The position numbers and the translations under genes were made by a program. Below the pieces are notes generated by a model. That model worked only from the letters and a program-made list of their open reading frames with translations, was not told the DNA's origin and made no database searches. A stretch of 64,000 nucleotides of DNA from Protoeuglena noctilucae (taxonomy: Eukaryota): assembly GCA_958009085.1 (NCBI GenBank), contig OY253671.1, positions 1,488,001 to 1,552,000 on the forward strand. Reading direction: 5' to 3'. Each line of letters opens with the position of its first letter. Positions within the stretch are counted from its first letter, which is position 1. Of this stretch, positions 37,191-50,800 are shown piece by piece.

Positions 37191-37855
37191 GAGGCCCGAT
37201 GGAGTCCCTGACGCCGGGATCGTGACGCAGCCCCGCTTCCGGGGATCCCTGCGCGCAGGGGGAGCCGGGTTGGTCCGCAGCGCAGGCGTGCGCCCCTGCT
37301 GTGCCCGGGCGGCCCCCTGCCCCGCATGCCGGTGCCCCTGGACGAAGATGGAGGCCGTAAGGTGCGGCTGGCGCAGCGAGGCCCTCGCCCGTCGGTGAGG
37401 GCGCAACGGTCCGGCCGAGCGCGGTGGCCCCAACACCCTCCGGGCCCGCTCACCGACGCTCGGCGCTCAGCCCTGCTCGAATGGTGAAATGAACGTCAAT
37501 CCTCGCGAATGACGCCACGGGACGAGGTCCTGCGCGGACCACCCGGCGGATTTCGCGAAATGCGTGCAGAGGGGCGGCGATCCAGGCAGACTATGCGCCT
37601 CAGCAATCGTTCTCTTCTCCCGTCGTGCGACGGGCCAGGTGGATGCCAGGATGGGGCGTCGACGGGCACGCGCCAGAGCAATTTGCCAGTGCTGAGGCCC
37701 GCCACGCCTCCCGGGCTTTGAACCCACCCCAGCAGGTCGGCTGTCGATGCTTTAAGCACTGCAGCAAGTGCTCGTCAGGTCGGGTGGCTGCTGGGAGTCG
37801 TGGGATTTCAACGGTGGGGCGGCGACATGGGAACGCTAGGAGGGATGGAGGCAGC

Positions 37856-38838
37856 TCAGTTGCCGAGGGCCTTGAGGCCCAGGATGATGCCCGCCCCGAT
37901 CACGTGGCCCGCCGAGCCCATGGCGAACACGTCCACCACCGTGAAGCCCGCCGGGTCGGCCGTGCCCACGCCCGCCGACTGCGCACAGGCGTGAGGGCGA
38001 GGCGGTTTAGGCAAAGTGATTCCGCAGCTCCGGATGTCGTTTGGGAAGCCCGACCGCCCCGGTTGAGAACCATCGCGAGACAGCCAGCCCACCGGCGCGC
38101 AGCGCATCGCACCTTGTCCCGGAGCTGCAGGCCGTTGCCCCCGAGCGCGGGCTTGTTGGCCGTGGGCGCGAGGCCGAAGCGGCCGGCGGCTGCGGGGAGG
38201 GCGAGCGAGGCCGGGGTCGACGTCAGCGGGCAGGATGGGAGGGCCCTGGGTGACGCTGCGCATGCGGACGAGGCCACCTCGACTCACCGAGGCACGCAGC
38301 CGTGGAGGCCACCATGATGAGGTTGGTGGAGGAGCCGAAGAAGTCGGCGCGGGCGACCACCGAGCGGCGCGCGGCCTGCGTGGGCGGGAAAGGGGTGCTG
38401 AAGGTGACAACCCGCCCCGTCCCGCTCCCCTCGCGCGCTGGGCTCGACTCTCGAGTTGCCCCCGCGCTCCGTTCCATCTGATTCGGTCACGGCCGCGTCG
38501 TCGTCGCGCATCAGCCTCCCCCGGGCCCGAAACACCGCCCGGATTGCGACCCCGTATCCCGCCCCGAGCAGGACCCCTCCACGCCAATGGGCGCACCAGC
38601 ACGTCGCTCGAGCGCGGGGATCGCCGGCCGCGAAACCCATCACGCCCCCCGTCGCGTGTGCTCCCGCGCAAGGGGAGATTTCGACCGAGCCCCCGGGACC
38701 CGCGGGCCGGCGAGGCCCTTAGCCCGTCCCCCGGAAGGCGTGATATCTTCTCGCTCTCTGTAGCCTACTCACCACGCGGGCAGCCTTGGGGGCCGCGAGC
38801 TGGGTCCCGGCGAGGGAGGCGCGCATCGTGGAGGCCAT
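37856..38838 (-). CDS. PSAK: Photosystem I subunit K precursor; exons 38838-38773, 38375-38288, 38189-38113, 37978-37856
   Basis: Transit peptide MASTMRASLAG..RRSVVARA, then DFFGSSTNLIMVAST..AGRFGLAPTANK..DPAGFTVVDVFAMGSAGHVIGAGIILGL. Confidence 0.96.
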
Positions 38839-39521
38839 GGTTGCGCTCGGGGTCGCGTCGGGTGCGAGGGGTGCCAATTCTGCCGCGGCGGTCGCGGTCC
38901 CTGGGCTCTCGACGCGTCGCGGTGGGCTGACCCTCGACCTGGCGGTGTCACCGCCAGAAGTTGGCCCCTCGAGACGTCTCCCAGCCCCCGCGGACCCGTC
39001 GATCGAGTACACCGTGCGCATGCGAGGTGTCGCATCGCATCGAGCGACGCGGCCCGACCTTCGAGGACCTGGAGCAAGCGTCTGAGCCCCTGAGCTCGCC
39101 CTGCCCATGGCGTCATCGACCATTCCGTCGGAGAGATACGCGCCCGTGAGGCACACGACCATGTGGGGCGGGTCGGTGAGTCCTGGGGCTCGCCCGGCCG
39201 CGGGCACAAGCACCGCGTTCGTTGGGGCCGATCGCCGCGCGCCCGGGGGCTCTCTGACATCCCACGCGCGCCTTGATGTCTGTCGAGACGGCGGGCGGGG
39301 CCCTAGGGCTTCCTTTCGCCCCGCGACGCGGGGCAGGTGCAGCGAGCACGACCGCGGTTTTCTCGCCCCCCGCGGGTCGAGCTGCTGCGGCACCTCCGAT
39401 TCGGGTTGATTGTGTTGGGATCCGCGCGCCGGGGCCACTCGACGGCCGTCAGGGTCGGCCCGGGGGCCCGCAACGGCCATGTGCTGCAGCGGAACGCGGC
39501 GCCCCCTCCCCCCGCGCGCAG

Positions 39522-41650
39522 ATGAAGAAGACCAAGGGCCAAGGGCCCCTGCACGGCAACCCCGACGAGCTCATCGTCAACATCCGCAACAGCAAGGCGA
39601 GCGCCGGCAGCGCGAAGGGGTAAGCAGCGCGCGCAGCCGCGTTCTCATGGCCGGCGGAGCGCCCCGCGCCGTCCCCCGGCCCCGCAGATGTACTCGGAGC
39701 TGTTGGATTTCAACGACCAGATCTGCCGCGCCGAGGCGATGTTCAAGGTGCGGCGCGCCGGCGTCCGCGCGGCAGTTGGGAATGTGCGCGCCGCGAACAT
39801 GCGCTCGCATCCGCGCGTCCGCGCCGCTCCCGCCCGCAGCGGATGCGCAGCACGACGGACGACTTCATCGTCACGTGCACGGAGATCCTGGCCGGCAAGA
39901 CGCCTCACGTGTACCTGGAGCACGACTCGGCCCCGAGCGGGGAGCGCAACCTGGGCGTGGGCATGGACGCCAAGGCGATGCGCCAGGCGCTGAGCGACTA
40001 CAAGGACCGCGTGCAGGAAAAGGTGCTCAAGCCGATCAACGAGTGGAAGCTCGGGTTCCGCACCGCCAACAACAGCGTGGACCTGCTCAAGCAGCGGTGC
40101 GACGCCGTACTCGACCGCAAGGCGAGTGGATGCGGGGCTATTGTGTAAGGTGCGTTTGGTATGTGTGGATGTGATGTGCACTGCTGATGCATCGGTGGGG
40201 AGGTGCCATGCTGGCAAGCGCTGTGCGTTTCATGTGTATATGCGTCTCATGTTCGCAGAAGAAGCTCGAGAAGGCGCAGAGTCGGACGCTGCCGAAGATC
40301 GAGAGCCTCAAGAAGAAGATCCGGGTGAGCCAGAGCAGAGGGGGCGGGCTGCTGGTGTTGCGTGGATGCGGGGTGCGGCAGGGGCGTGCATGTGCATGCG
40401 TACCCTGTCCTAGTGGGCGTGTGAGTAGTATTGCACTGCTGTGCGTCTGCCACTGGTTGATGTCGCTGGTTGGCCACTCACATGATGCCCTTCTCTTGAC
40501 ACCCCTGCAGTCTCGCAAGGACGCCCGCAGCATCGAGCGCGGCAACGAGGCGGTGGAGAGCCACGAGCAATACCTGTACGAGAAGGAGGCCAAGCTGAGG
40601 TGAGGAGATGTTGTGTGTGCATGTGAGAGATGATGTGGAGTGGCATATGGTTAATACCTGTACGAGAAGGCCAAGCTGAGGTGAGAGTGTGATGGTGTGG
40701 ATGATGCGTGCTGGCTTGTGTGAGAAGGGGGCTCAGGTGAGAGGGGAGGGTGTGGGTGAGCTATGTGGGGCTGTGCGTGCTTGAGAGAGGGTGTTGAGCT
40801 GTGGCGTCGTGCTGTGGCATTGACGCGCCAGATGCCGGCTGTGCATGCCCATCCTTGCACCCATTGTTCCCTCGCCATTCACAGCTCTGCCCGCATGGCC
40901 TTTAACTCGATGGAGATGGAGGTGTTTGAGCAGCTCAAGAGCCTGGCCGAGGACTGCACGGGGATCAAGGCGCTGGTGGCTATGATGATGGACGAGAACG
41001 CCACGCTGGTGAGTTGTGTGTGTGAGGGGGATGTGCGGATGATAGAAGGGGTGCGAGATGAGAATGATGAGTGTGCGAGATGCGCTGGCGGTGGGGTGCG
41101 ATTTGGCTGCAGCGCTGCTGCAGTTGGGACATACCCAGAGCTCGCGACATACCCATAGCTTAGCTAGTACCCAGCGACATCCTTAGTAGCTATCCACTAG
41201 TAGCTTCCCTGTCATTCCCCACGTCTACCCTCACCTCTGCTGCACGTGTGACGCCGCCTGTTCTCTTCTCTTTTCCCTCTCAGATGCGGTCGGCCATCGA
41301 TGCCATGGGGGACCTCGAGGTGATTGCAGCCATAATAAGAATTAGCATTGATGCATTGCTTAGTTGTGATGGTATGCTTAGCTGTGATGCCGTGGGGGAT
41401 TTCGAGGTGAGATGGGCATTTGGGATAAGTGACATGCTCAGCAGTGGTGCGAAGGTCATGCTTCGCAGTGCAATGCAGTGCACTGCTGGGCGTCCTGGTG
41501 CATGTGAGCCGCCCGCTTGCTCCTGCGTCGAACACTGCGGCTCTGCATCCCTCACAAATCACATCTGACCAAATTCCCTCCACCTTCCTCCCCAGCTCGA
41601 GCCCCTCATCGCTGAGGCAAAGCGCAAGGGACCCGTGGAGATGGGGGCGG
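39522..41650 (+). CDS. N-terminal exons of a BAR-like coiled-coil protein; true start may lie upstream
   Basis: About 8 phase-consistent exons encoding long amphipathic helices (ALSDYKDRVQEKVLKPINEW; KKLEKAQ; EMEVFEQLKSLAEDC); BAR assignment is inference. Confidence 0.6.
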
Positions 41651-41803
41651 GTGAGGGGGGTGGTTGCATAATATTTAGTAGTTTTGGACATGCATTGCAT
41701 GCAGTTAAGCAATATGCATTGTTTGCCACACTGGAGCCCCAGCTGAAGCCCATGTTTCCCTCAATTTTTTCATCTGTTTTTGATCACCCTTATTTCACCT
41801 CAG

Positions 41804-44800
41804 AAACCCCCACCCCCCCCATGGAGCCCAAGCTGACGCCCGTGTCTCCCGTCAGCGAGGAGGTGGCTGCGATCGGTGGAATTGAGCAGGGCATTCCCCG
41901 CGCTGCCAGGGAGAGGGCGATGGGGGAGGTGGTGGCGATGGAGAAGCAAGAGGGGAGGTCCATTGGTGGGGGTAGCCAGGGTGAGATGTAGAAATATATA
42001 ATGTAGATATAGTAAAGTATATGGGTGGATATATATGAGTAGATATAAGCATGAGTGGGTAGTGTGATGGGGGAGGTGGTGGCGATGGATGGGTGAGTGG
42101 GGTAGAGAGAAGAGGGTTGGTTGGTATCACGTTTCCCTTCAAATTTCATCATAACAATAATCTCACTGTCCATCTCCCACCCCAGCAATGGAGGTGTGCT
42201 CCCCCGTGGGGCTGGAGGACCCCGACCGCACCCGCGACATCGCATCCACCTCCTACCTGAACGAGGCGAGAGCTGGGATGTATTGGTAATATAGATGATA
42301 TAGTGTAGTAGTAATGATGGTAATGGTTGTAATGGTTGTAATTGTAGTGGTAGTGGCACTGCACCCGCGACGTCGCATCCCCATATCAACGCCACTGCCC
42401 AGACACGTCAAATGCCAATTGACATCAATAATCTCCGCATAATTACAAAATACTAACCATACCACGCATTCCCCGTCATAATTTCAGGACGTCCCCCACC
42501 CCGACTCCCCCACTGCCAAGCACGCCCACACCCACGCCGCTGTGCTGGAGCCCGTGGTGAGGAATTGAGTGGATGCGATGGGTGCTATTAATATCATTAT
42601 TATTACTTAAAATAGTACAATAATACGACACAGAAGGTGAGTAAAAAAATTGATCATAGCGAACGGCATAGTAAATAAGAGACGCTTTTGATGGTGAGTC
42701 GATTACCACTGGCGGATGGCACGGCAACCAGCTAACAAGTGAGCACTGCGTTTCCTGACCCTTCCCGCAACCATTCGGGGCAAGCGCGTTTGGCTTGCCC
42801 CACCGCCACCGCACCACCATTGCACACCCACCCCACACCACCCCTGCACTTTCACCCACCCCACCATTCCGCACACCCACCCCACCCCTGCACCGCCACC
42901 CCACCCCACCCCTGCACCCCACCCCACCCCACCTCTCCCCATCTTCCATTCACCGCTGCCCCACCCCCCAAGGTCGCCCCCCCACTGCCGCTTGGCTGCA
43001 GGCCGCGGTGCGAGTGGAGGAGGCGGACTGAGGGGGAGTGGAGGGGCAAGCGAGCAATGAGAGAGATGGAGGGAGATGAGGGGGGTAGAATCCCTCTCTT
43101 GAGGGTGGTGGTGGTGGTGCTAGGGGTGGCATTGGTGGCAATGGTGGTGGTGGTGGGGGTGCAGTGGTGGTGGTGGCTGCGGTGCAGTGGTGGTGTGTGG
43201 TGCATAGCGAGAGCGATGCCAGTGCTTACTCGCGCTCGGTTGGCCGCTCCGGTTCTTTCTTTTGAGTTTCGAGACATGCTGTGTCGTTCACCTTTGAAGT
43301 CCCCTGTTTCACGCTCAAAGCACAAGTCTTGGCACATCACACATCCATGCCTGCCACCTTCTGTATTGCATATGCGGTGCTGCACCATCTATGCACCAGC
43401 ATCACCCACCAGCATCATTACCCATGCACCCCATATCGCAGCCCCACCATCACCCGTCTCTGCACTCACCAACCATGCACCCACCCCACCCCACCCGGTC
43501 CCAGGTTCGATCCCCACCTCCCCGCCCATTCCCTTAATCTCGCATTCCCCCCTCTTTCCCCCCAGGGCCGCCGCCACCGCCCCGCAAAACAGCAGGGCGG
43601 TGGTTCGGACGCCCACCCCACCTCTGCTGTTTATTCCAGCAAGCAAGGGCCTGCCCTGGTTTTAAACAAGCAGGGGCCGAGCATGCTGGCCCCTCTGGGC
43701 CCCTTCCAAGCTGCGTCAGCAGAGCGTGGGGTGAAAGGGTCAGTCAAGGCGCCAGTGAAGGGGCCAGTGAAGGGACCATATCAAGCTCAGTCAACTACAG
43801 AGCGTGTGATGAAGGGACCTATGACGAGCCCCTTTCATGCGCAATCGACGGAGCGTGCGATGAGGGGCGGCAGGGGTGGCATGGGGGGCGGGCTGCAGAT
43901 GGGAGCGGGGGTGGCGGAGGCGAGTGCGGATGGGGCGATGACGGCGATGTGTGTTGCTTATGTGTGCTGGTGTTTGCTGTAATGACAGTTACGAGTTATT
44001 GATCATGGCATGGCCATGCTGCCGATACGCTTGTTCCTTCTCTTATCGCAGCGGGAGGGTGGCTACGAGAGCGACGAGGAGGACCTGAGGCTGATACGGT
44101 GAGCGGGCGTTATTCGATGGATACAGGATAAGTAATACTTTATAATCTATCTATAAATGATGCTAACTAACCATGCATCTCAATAATGTTATCGTTATAA
44201 TCACTTTTATATTCACACATATGTATTTAATTACACATATAATTATAGTTGTGTTGATAATTTATAACTTTATTCATATATATATTAACAATATATTGAT
44301 CATCGTTTCCCTACCCCTTTCTGCAGGGTGCGAGAGGTGCACCCAGGCAGCCTGCGTGTGGGGAGGAGGGGGCCGGGCAGCGATGGGAATCGAAATGGGG
44401 ACGGCAAAAAGGGGAGAAAGGGGAAGAAGGGAAAGAGGGGCAAGGCGGCGCTGGCGAAGGTGAGACGGGATTTGGTTTAGTTGAGTATTTCCAATATCCA
44501 ATATTATTAGTAATGCATTATTATTACCAAGGCTGGTCAGCATGATGCTGTGCCGCCCTCGCCCCAGCACCCACCCCCACGCACCTTTCTTGTATCAAAA
44601 TGCCATTACTCATTCTATTGCTGGGAATTTTATTCCCGATGTTATTCGTATCCCCAATATTATTCGCAGTCGCTGCCCGGCGGCGCGGTGCGCAAGCAGG
44701 CCTCGGCTTTGCGGTGGTGGGCGCTGCTGCGGGGGCGGGGGAGGGGTGGGGGAGAGGAAGGGGGTCAGCAGAGCGTGGGGTCGGAGGAGGCAGAGAGGGG

Positions 44801-47800
44801 GTGGTACCAGGTGAATAATGGATATAATTGAATATGTTTGCATGGTAGCAATTGGGGTGGTCAGTGGTGGGTTATAAGGTGTCATCTGGCATGTACAGCC
44901 TATATCTGCGCTCATCATCCATCCAACCCATTAGTACTAGCATCAACGTGAAGTACCGTCAGTAGCGCACCACGTATAGCATCGTCATCGTGCCACGCAG
45001 GTGGGCCCGGGCCTGCTGTGCGGGCTGGGCGGTATGTCCCGCGCCCGCCGCACCCCACTGCGCGCTTCTGAGGTGGATGAGCTGCTGGGTGTTACCCCCA
45101 CTAACACGGCGCAGACTGGCGCACCGCGTCAGGGGGGGATGAGTCAGGGCGAGGGCGAGCGGGGGGGTGGGGGTGCGGGTGGGGGTGGCAGTGCGGGTGC
45201 AGAGATGGGTGCGGGTGCGGGTGGCAATGCGGGTGCTGGGGTGGAGGGTGGCAGTGCGGGTGTGGGTGCAGAGACGGGTGCCAGTATTGCCAGTCCCGAC
45301 ACACGAGGTGTGCTTTGGGAGAGGCGTGCTGTGGGTCACGGGTCGACCAACCCCGCCATTCTGCGGATGATGGAGCTGCAGAGGCGGGGGCTGGGGATGG
45401 AGGGGGCGGGGGAGAGGTCGGAGGTGAGGGGTGGTGGGGGTAGTTGGGGGTGGTGGAGGGGCGCAGGCATGTTAGACTAGTGAGATCTGGATCGCTGCAC
45501 CCACCACCACCCTCGCTCGTCGCTTTGCATTCACCACTTACTCGCCATCATTCACCACTTCGCATCTCTCTCTCCCACACAGACCGACACGCTGGGCTCC
45601 GTCACCCCCCCCTCGGAGTCCCAACTGCAGCTGCTGCCCGCATCCTACACACACCTCGCCACACGCACTGCCCTGACACGCAACCACCACAACAGGGGTG
45701 GGGATGGTGCTGTGCATGCCGGCCACAAGAACGGCGGTGGTGAGGGTGGCGGTGCGGGTGGCAGTGGGGGTGGCAACGAGGGTGGCAGTTGGGGTGGCAA
45801 TGGAGAGGAGGGTGCGCGTGGTAGTGAGGGTGGCGGTGAGGGTGGTGATAGGGGTGGCAGTGGGGGCAACAGTGGCGATGGTGGGGATGCGTACAATGGG
45901 TATTCCCTGCTGCCCGCCAACGTCGATGTTTCAAGCATACAGGGCAGTCCCCTGTCGTCGCCGGGCGCTGTGTCGGTGGGCGGGGTGGTTGGGGGTGCGG
46001 GGGTGGAGGGTGGCAGTGCGGGTGGTGGTGCGGGTGCGGGTGGGGGTGGCAGTGGTGTGGGTGCAGAGATGGGTGGCGGTGCGGGTGGCAGTGGGGGTGC
46101 AGCTGAGGGTGTGGATTGGTCGGGCGGGGACGTGTTTGGTGCGGCAGAGGGGGGTGCGGGTGCGGAGGGGGCGGGTCGCGACAAGGCGCGGGTGTGGGTG
46201 GCCGTGGATCAACTCAAGCACTCCCGGGTGAGTCACAGATGATAGCATTGCAATGCATGAGTTGTGTTGATCGACACCATCGGTAAGCAAGCATGTATGT
46301 GAGGGGTGAGCGAATGTGGGTGGTGGTGGATCAACACCCACTCACAGTGGAGTAGCGGAGTTGTTGGCTAGAAACGAGCAGAATATAGATACTTATGAAC
46401 ATAGACACAATTTGAATACCAATTACATGCCATGCACCTCCCCCCGCAGCGCGAGGCGTCCCGGCTGCTGTCGGGCGCAACGCCGGACTGGCACGCGTTC
46501 CGGCCCCTGACGTCAGTTGCCAGAATGGGCGCGGCGGCGAGGGGTGGGGACGGCCGGGCGGTGCGACGGGCGCTGCGGGAGGCGGGGGCGGGGGGGGAGT
46601 GGGAGCCGGTGTCGGTGTGTGAGATGAGGGAGGAGGGGTGGGAGGTGAGGGGGGTAGAGTTGATGTTAGAGTAGTAAGGAACTGTATTTAGTCTGATGCT
46701 CAGCCCAATTATCTTTCCCCAACACTCGCCCTTCACCCCGGTTGCACGTTTGCAAACCCTACTTGCACTCCCCATCGCACCCCCCATCTCTACGCACCCA
46801 CCACCCTCTCCCCATTACCCTCCCCGCAGCCCCGCCCAGGCTTTTTCGAATTCAGCGTCGGGGAGTCCTCTGTGCTGCACGCCAGCCGGGCACGCGATGT
46901 GCAGCACACGGGGTCATTACCCACGGACCTGGATTTGAATTTGAACGAGGGGGATTTGAATTTGAACGAGGGAGGGGGTGGTGGGGGTGTGGGGGGTAAG
47001 ATGGGTGGGATGGGGAGTGGGGTGGCGAGGGGGCGGTGGTGGGGTGGGCGCCAATGAGGGGGGCGGGGAGGGGAGGGGAGGTGAGTGGGATTGGGACTGG
47101 GTGGGAAATATGTGATAATATCGATTGGGGTGATAATTGGGGTAAGTGGGGTAGTGGTGTGAGCGCAAGTGATGGGTGATGGGGTGGAGTGATGAGGTAA
47201 TTATCATACTATTATTATTATCGTTATTCGATTTCTTATCATTTCTCTCCCCCAATTGCATCGCAGGGCAAGGGTGCGGGTGCGGATGCAGCTGCATTGT
47301 TGGGCGACAAGGGGGGCGTGGGTGGGGATGAGTTGGTGCGGAGGATGAGTGATTGGGGATGTTGATAAGAGATGGGTTGATTAGGGATGGTGTGAATTGG
47401 GCTGAATGACGGAGGTCTGGTTGTCAGTAACACGGGGTCATTAATAGTAACTACTATTGAGTGCTACCAATTACTACCTAAACAGCACACTAATAACCCT
47501 CATCTCTCCCCCAGACCCTCCAGCCCCGCATTGCTCTGTGGCACATGCGAGCGCGTGTAGTGAGGCATCACCCGATGAGAGAGGCGGCGACGGGGGTGGC
47601 AGTGAGGGGGGCGGCGAGGGGTGGCGGATTAGGTGTTGAGAATGCGCCGCCGTTGCAGCTGCGGGGGTGGGTGGGGGAGGGGGCGGCGGTGCGAGGGGCG
47701 GAGGAGCGGGCGAGGGCGGCGAGGGAGGGGAGGAGGGAGAGGGAGGTGAGGGGATGGGCAGGGCAGGGCGAGGGGTTGACATGGTTAGTTACTATTACCA

Positions 47801-50800
47801 CCTCATCCGCTCACGATGCTCACCCCTCGTACACTCGCTGTCACCCCATCCCACCACCCCACTCCACCCCTCTCATGTCTCCGCAGCTGATGCCCCTCAC
47901 CCGTTCCCGCGCCACCAACCTGTCGTCCGTTCTGGCACACACCGCTGCCAGTGCCAGTGCCAGTGCGACGGCTGAGCGGGGGCGAGAGGGGCTGGAGATG
48001 AGACGGGCACCCGCACCCGCAATGCCAGCCACTGCATACCCACACGCACCCGCACCCGCACATGCACCCGCACCCACCTCCACTCCCGCACATGCACATG
48101 CACAGCCAGCCACCGCACATGCACCCGTACCTGCACACGCACCCGCACCCGCACCCACCTTTGCACCCGCACCTGCATTCACACCCCCACCCCCACCCAC
48201 CTCTGCCCCCATGGCCACTTTGCATGCCGGTGCGGGTGGCGACGAGAGGGGCGGAGTGAGGGGCATGGAGACTGGGGTGGGAGCGAGAGAGCGTGCGGTG
48301 ATGGTGGGGCATGAGGGTGAGGGTGCGGGTGTGGGTACGGGGAGCGAGGGTGCAGCTGTGGGTGGCAGTGAGGGTGCGGGTGAGGTTCCGGGTGGTGATA
48401 GTAACGCTGGATTGGCATTGGGTGGTGGTGATGGGGAGGAGGGAGAGAGGGAGATGGCGGCGGCAGTCGCTGCGTCAGCTGACGAAGCCCGGAGGAGGGA
48501 GGAGGCTGAGGTGGCAGCTGCGATCGCTGCTGTGGCGATCATGGAGGCGAGAGAGAGGGATAAGGAGAGGGGGTGGGTGGGGGAGGGGAGCGGGGTGGGT
48601 GGTGGTGCGGGTGGCAGTGAGGGTGCGGGTGCGGGTGTGGGCGAGAGTGCGATGGTGGCCAGGGCTGTGGAGATGGAAAGAGAGAGGGAGAGGGAGAGGG
48701 AGGGCGGTGAGAGAAAAAAGGATATGAGGGGTGCGGTGGGGGGTGAAAGGGAGGTGATTGGGGAGGTGGGTGAGAGTGAGGGGAGCGGTGTGGGTGCTGG
48801 TGTGATGGGGCGAGCTGGGTGGATGGGGGGTGTGGGGATGCGAGAGTGGGAGTCGCATGCAGTGGCAGATAGGACTGAGAAGCAGGCAGTGGTGGGGAGG
48901 GGTGGGGAGGGGGAGGGGTATGAGAAGATGGGGGCGATGGGTGGCGGTGGTAGTGGTGGCAGTGGGGTTGGCAGTGAGGGTGAGAGGGTGGCAATGCGGG
49001 GTGGGGAGGTAGAGCAGCCGACAGGCCCGATGCTTGCTGAAATGAAAGGGACTGAGGGTGAGGGTGAGGCTGAGGTGGGGAGGGGTGGCGATGTGGGCAG
49101 TGGGGTGGGTGAGGGGGGAGTGGGTGGGGATGTTAAGGTGGTTGGGGATGAGTGGGCAGCGGTGGGAGATGCGGCGGCAGTGGCGGGGCTCCAGGCCGCA
49201 GTGGCGGAGCAAGCGGGGCGGTCCGCGATCATGCCAGAACCCGTGTCAGAACCGGTGTCAGAACGTACGCCAGAGACTGCGGTGTCAGGTCGGCTGTTTA
49301 GGGATGCGGACGCTGCGAGGGCTGCGGCGGAGCACCGGGCGCGGATGCGGGCGGCGGGTGCGGGTGCGTGGGTGGGTGCGCCTGTGAGTGCAATGGCGGA
49401 GATGGTGAGGAGAGCGAGGGAGGCGTGGAGGGGGCGAGCGAGGGGGGCTGCAATGGCTGAGAGAGAGGGGGAGGGGATGGGCAGGGCTGGGCCAGCCGCG
49501 GAGTCTGCTGAGGTCCTGCCGCAGAGCACGTTCGGAGGCACGGCAGATCGTGCTTTGGCCGGTGCGGGTGCGGGCGGTGTGGGTGCGGGGGCGCAGATGT
49601 CAATGCAGGGTGCAGCGGTGGGTGGCGGTGACGATTTCGCATCCCTCGCGCCGGCATCGGCGGCGGCTGCCGCGCCCGCACTGCCCCCACTCGCCACCCC
49701 AGCGCTTGCGGAGGGGGCAGCATCAATGCACCCACCGCCATCCGCCCCAACTGCACCCCCCGCCACCCCCACTCCCATTCCCCCGCTTTCCTCTGCTCTG
49801 CGGGAATCCCCGCACCCGCCGATTGCAGCGCCAGCCCCGGGATTCGAACCCCCGACCGCCGCCCCGGGCGTTTCTGGCGCCACCGCCGGCGTTTCTGGCA
49901 TTTATGGCGTTTCGCCCCCCGTCGCCTGGTCCGCGGAGTCGGTGGCAGGATCGGAGAGCGCCAGGGTGGAGAGCCTGGGGGAGGGTATGCTCTCGCAGGG
50001 TCAGGGTATGCCCCAGCCTGAGTCGGGGGCGGGGGAGGTGGCGGGGGTGGCAGCGGGGGTGGAGGGTGCGGGAGCGGCGGCGGAGCGATCGCATAAGGTG
50101 CGGGGACGCGGGGGTTGTTTGAATTTGAATGTTTCGAATTGCCTGGGGTGGGGTTTGCTGCGGCGTTTCAGGCGCCGGGCTGCCGGGGAGGTGGGTGGGG
50201 CTGAGATGGCTGGGATGGGTGGGGTGAGGGCGACAGGTGGGGTGGAGGGGGGTCGTGAATTGCGGGAAATGGGGGATGCGGGTAGCAGTGAGGCAGGGAC
50301 TGCGGTGGGGGTGCCGGTTGTGAGTGGTGGTGTGGGTGCGGATGTGGGTGCGGGTGTGGGGGTGGTGGAGAGTGAGAGTGAGGGCGATGAGGGTTTGGAT
50401 GCAATGGAATTGGGTCAGTGGGGATTTGGCAGGCATGGGCGTTACCATTATCACCACCACCACCATAGTCAGCGGCAGGGCCATTCCCACACCCACCGCC
50501 ACCGCCACGGCTCATCCCATTCCCACCGCCGATAATATATATGGGGATATCAATGAATGCGACTGTTGATAGTATACATACTTTCCCCCACACTGCCACC
50601 CCACCACCCCCGCTGCCACTCCCTCCCTCTCACCACCCTCACCGCTCAACCACCACCTTCCCTGCCACCCCACCACCCCACTCACCCCCCTCCCCTCCCC
50701 TCCCCCACCCCCACAGGCCCCCCACCGCTCCCCCCCCGCCCCCCGCCCCCATACGCCCTCCCCTGCCTGAGTCAGGGCCCTTTCTGGAGGAGTCAGGGTC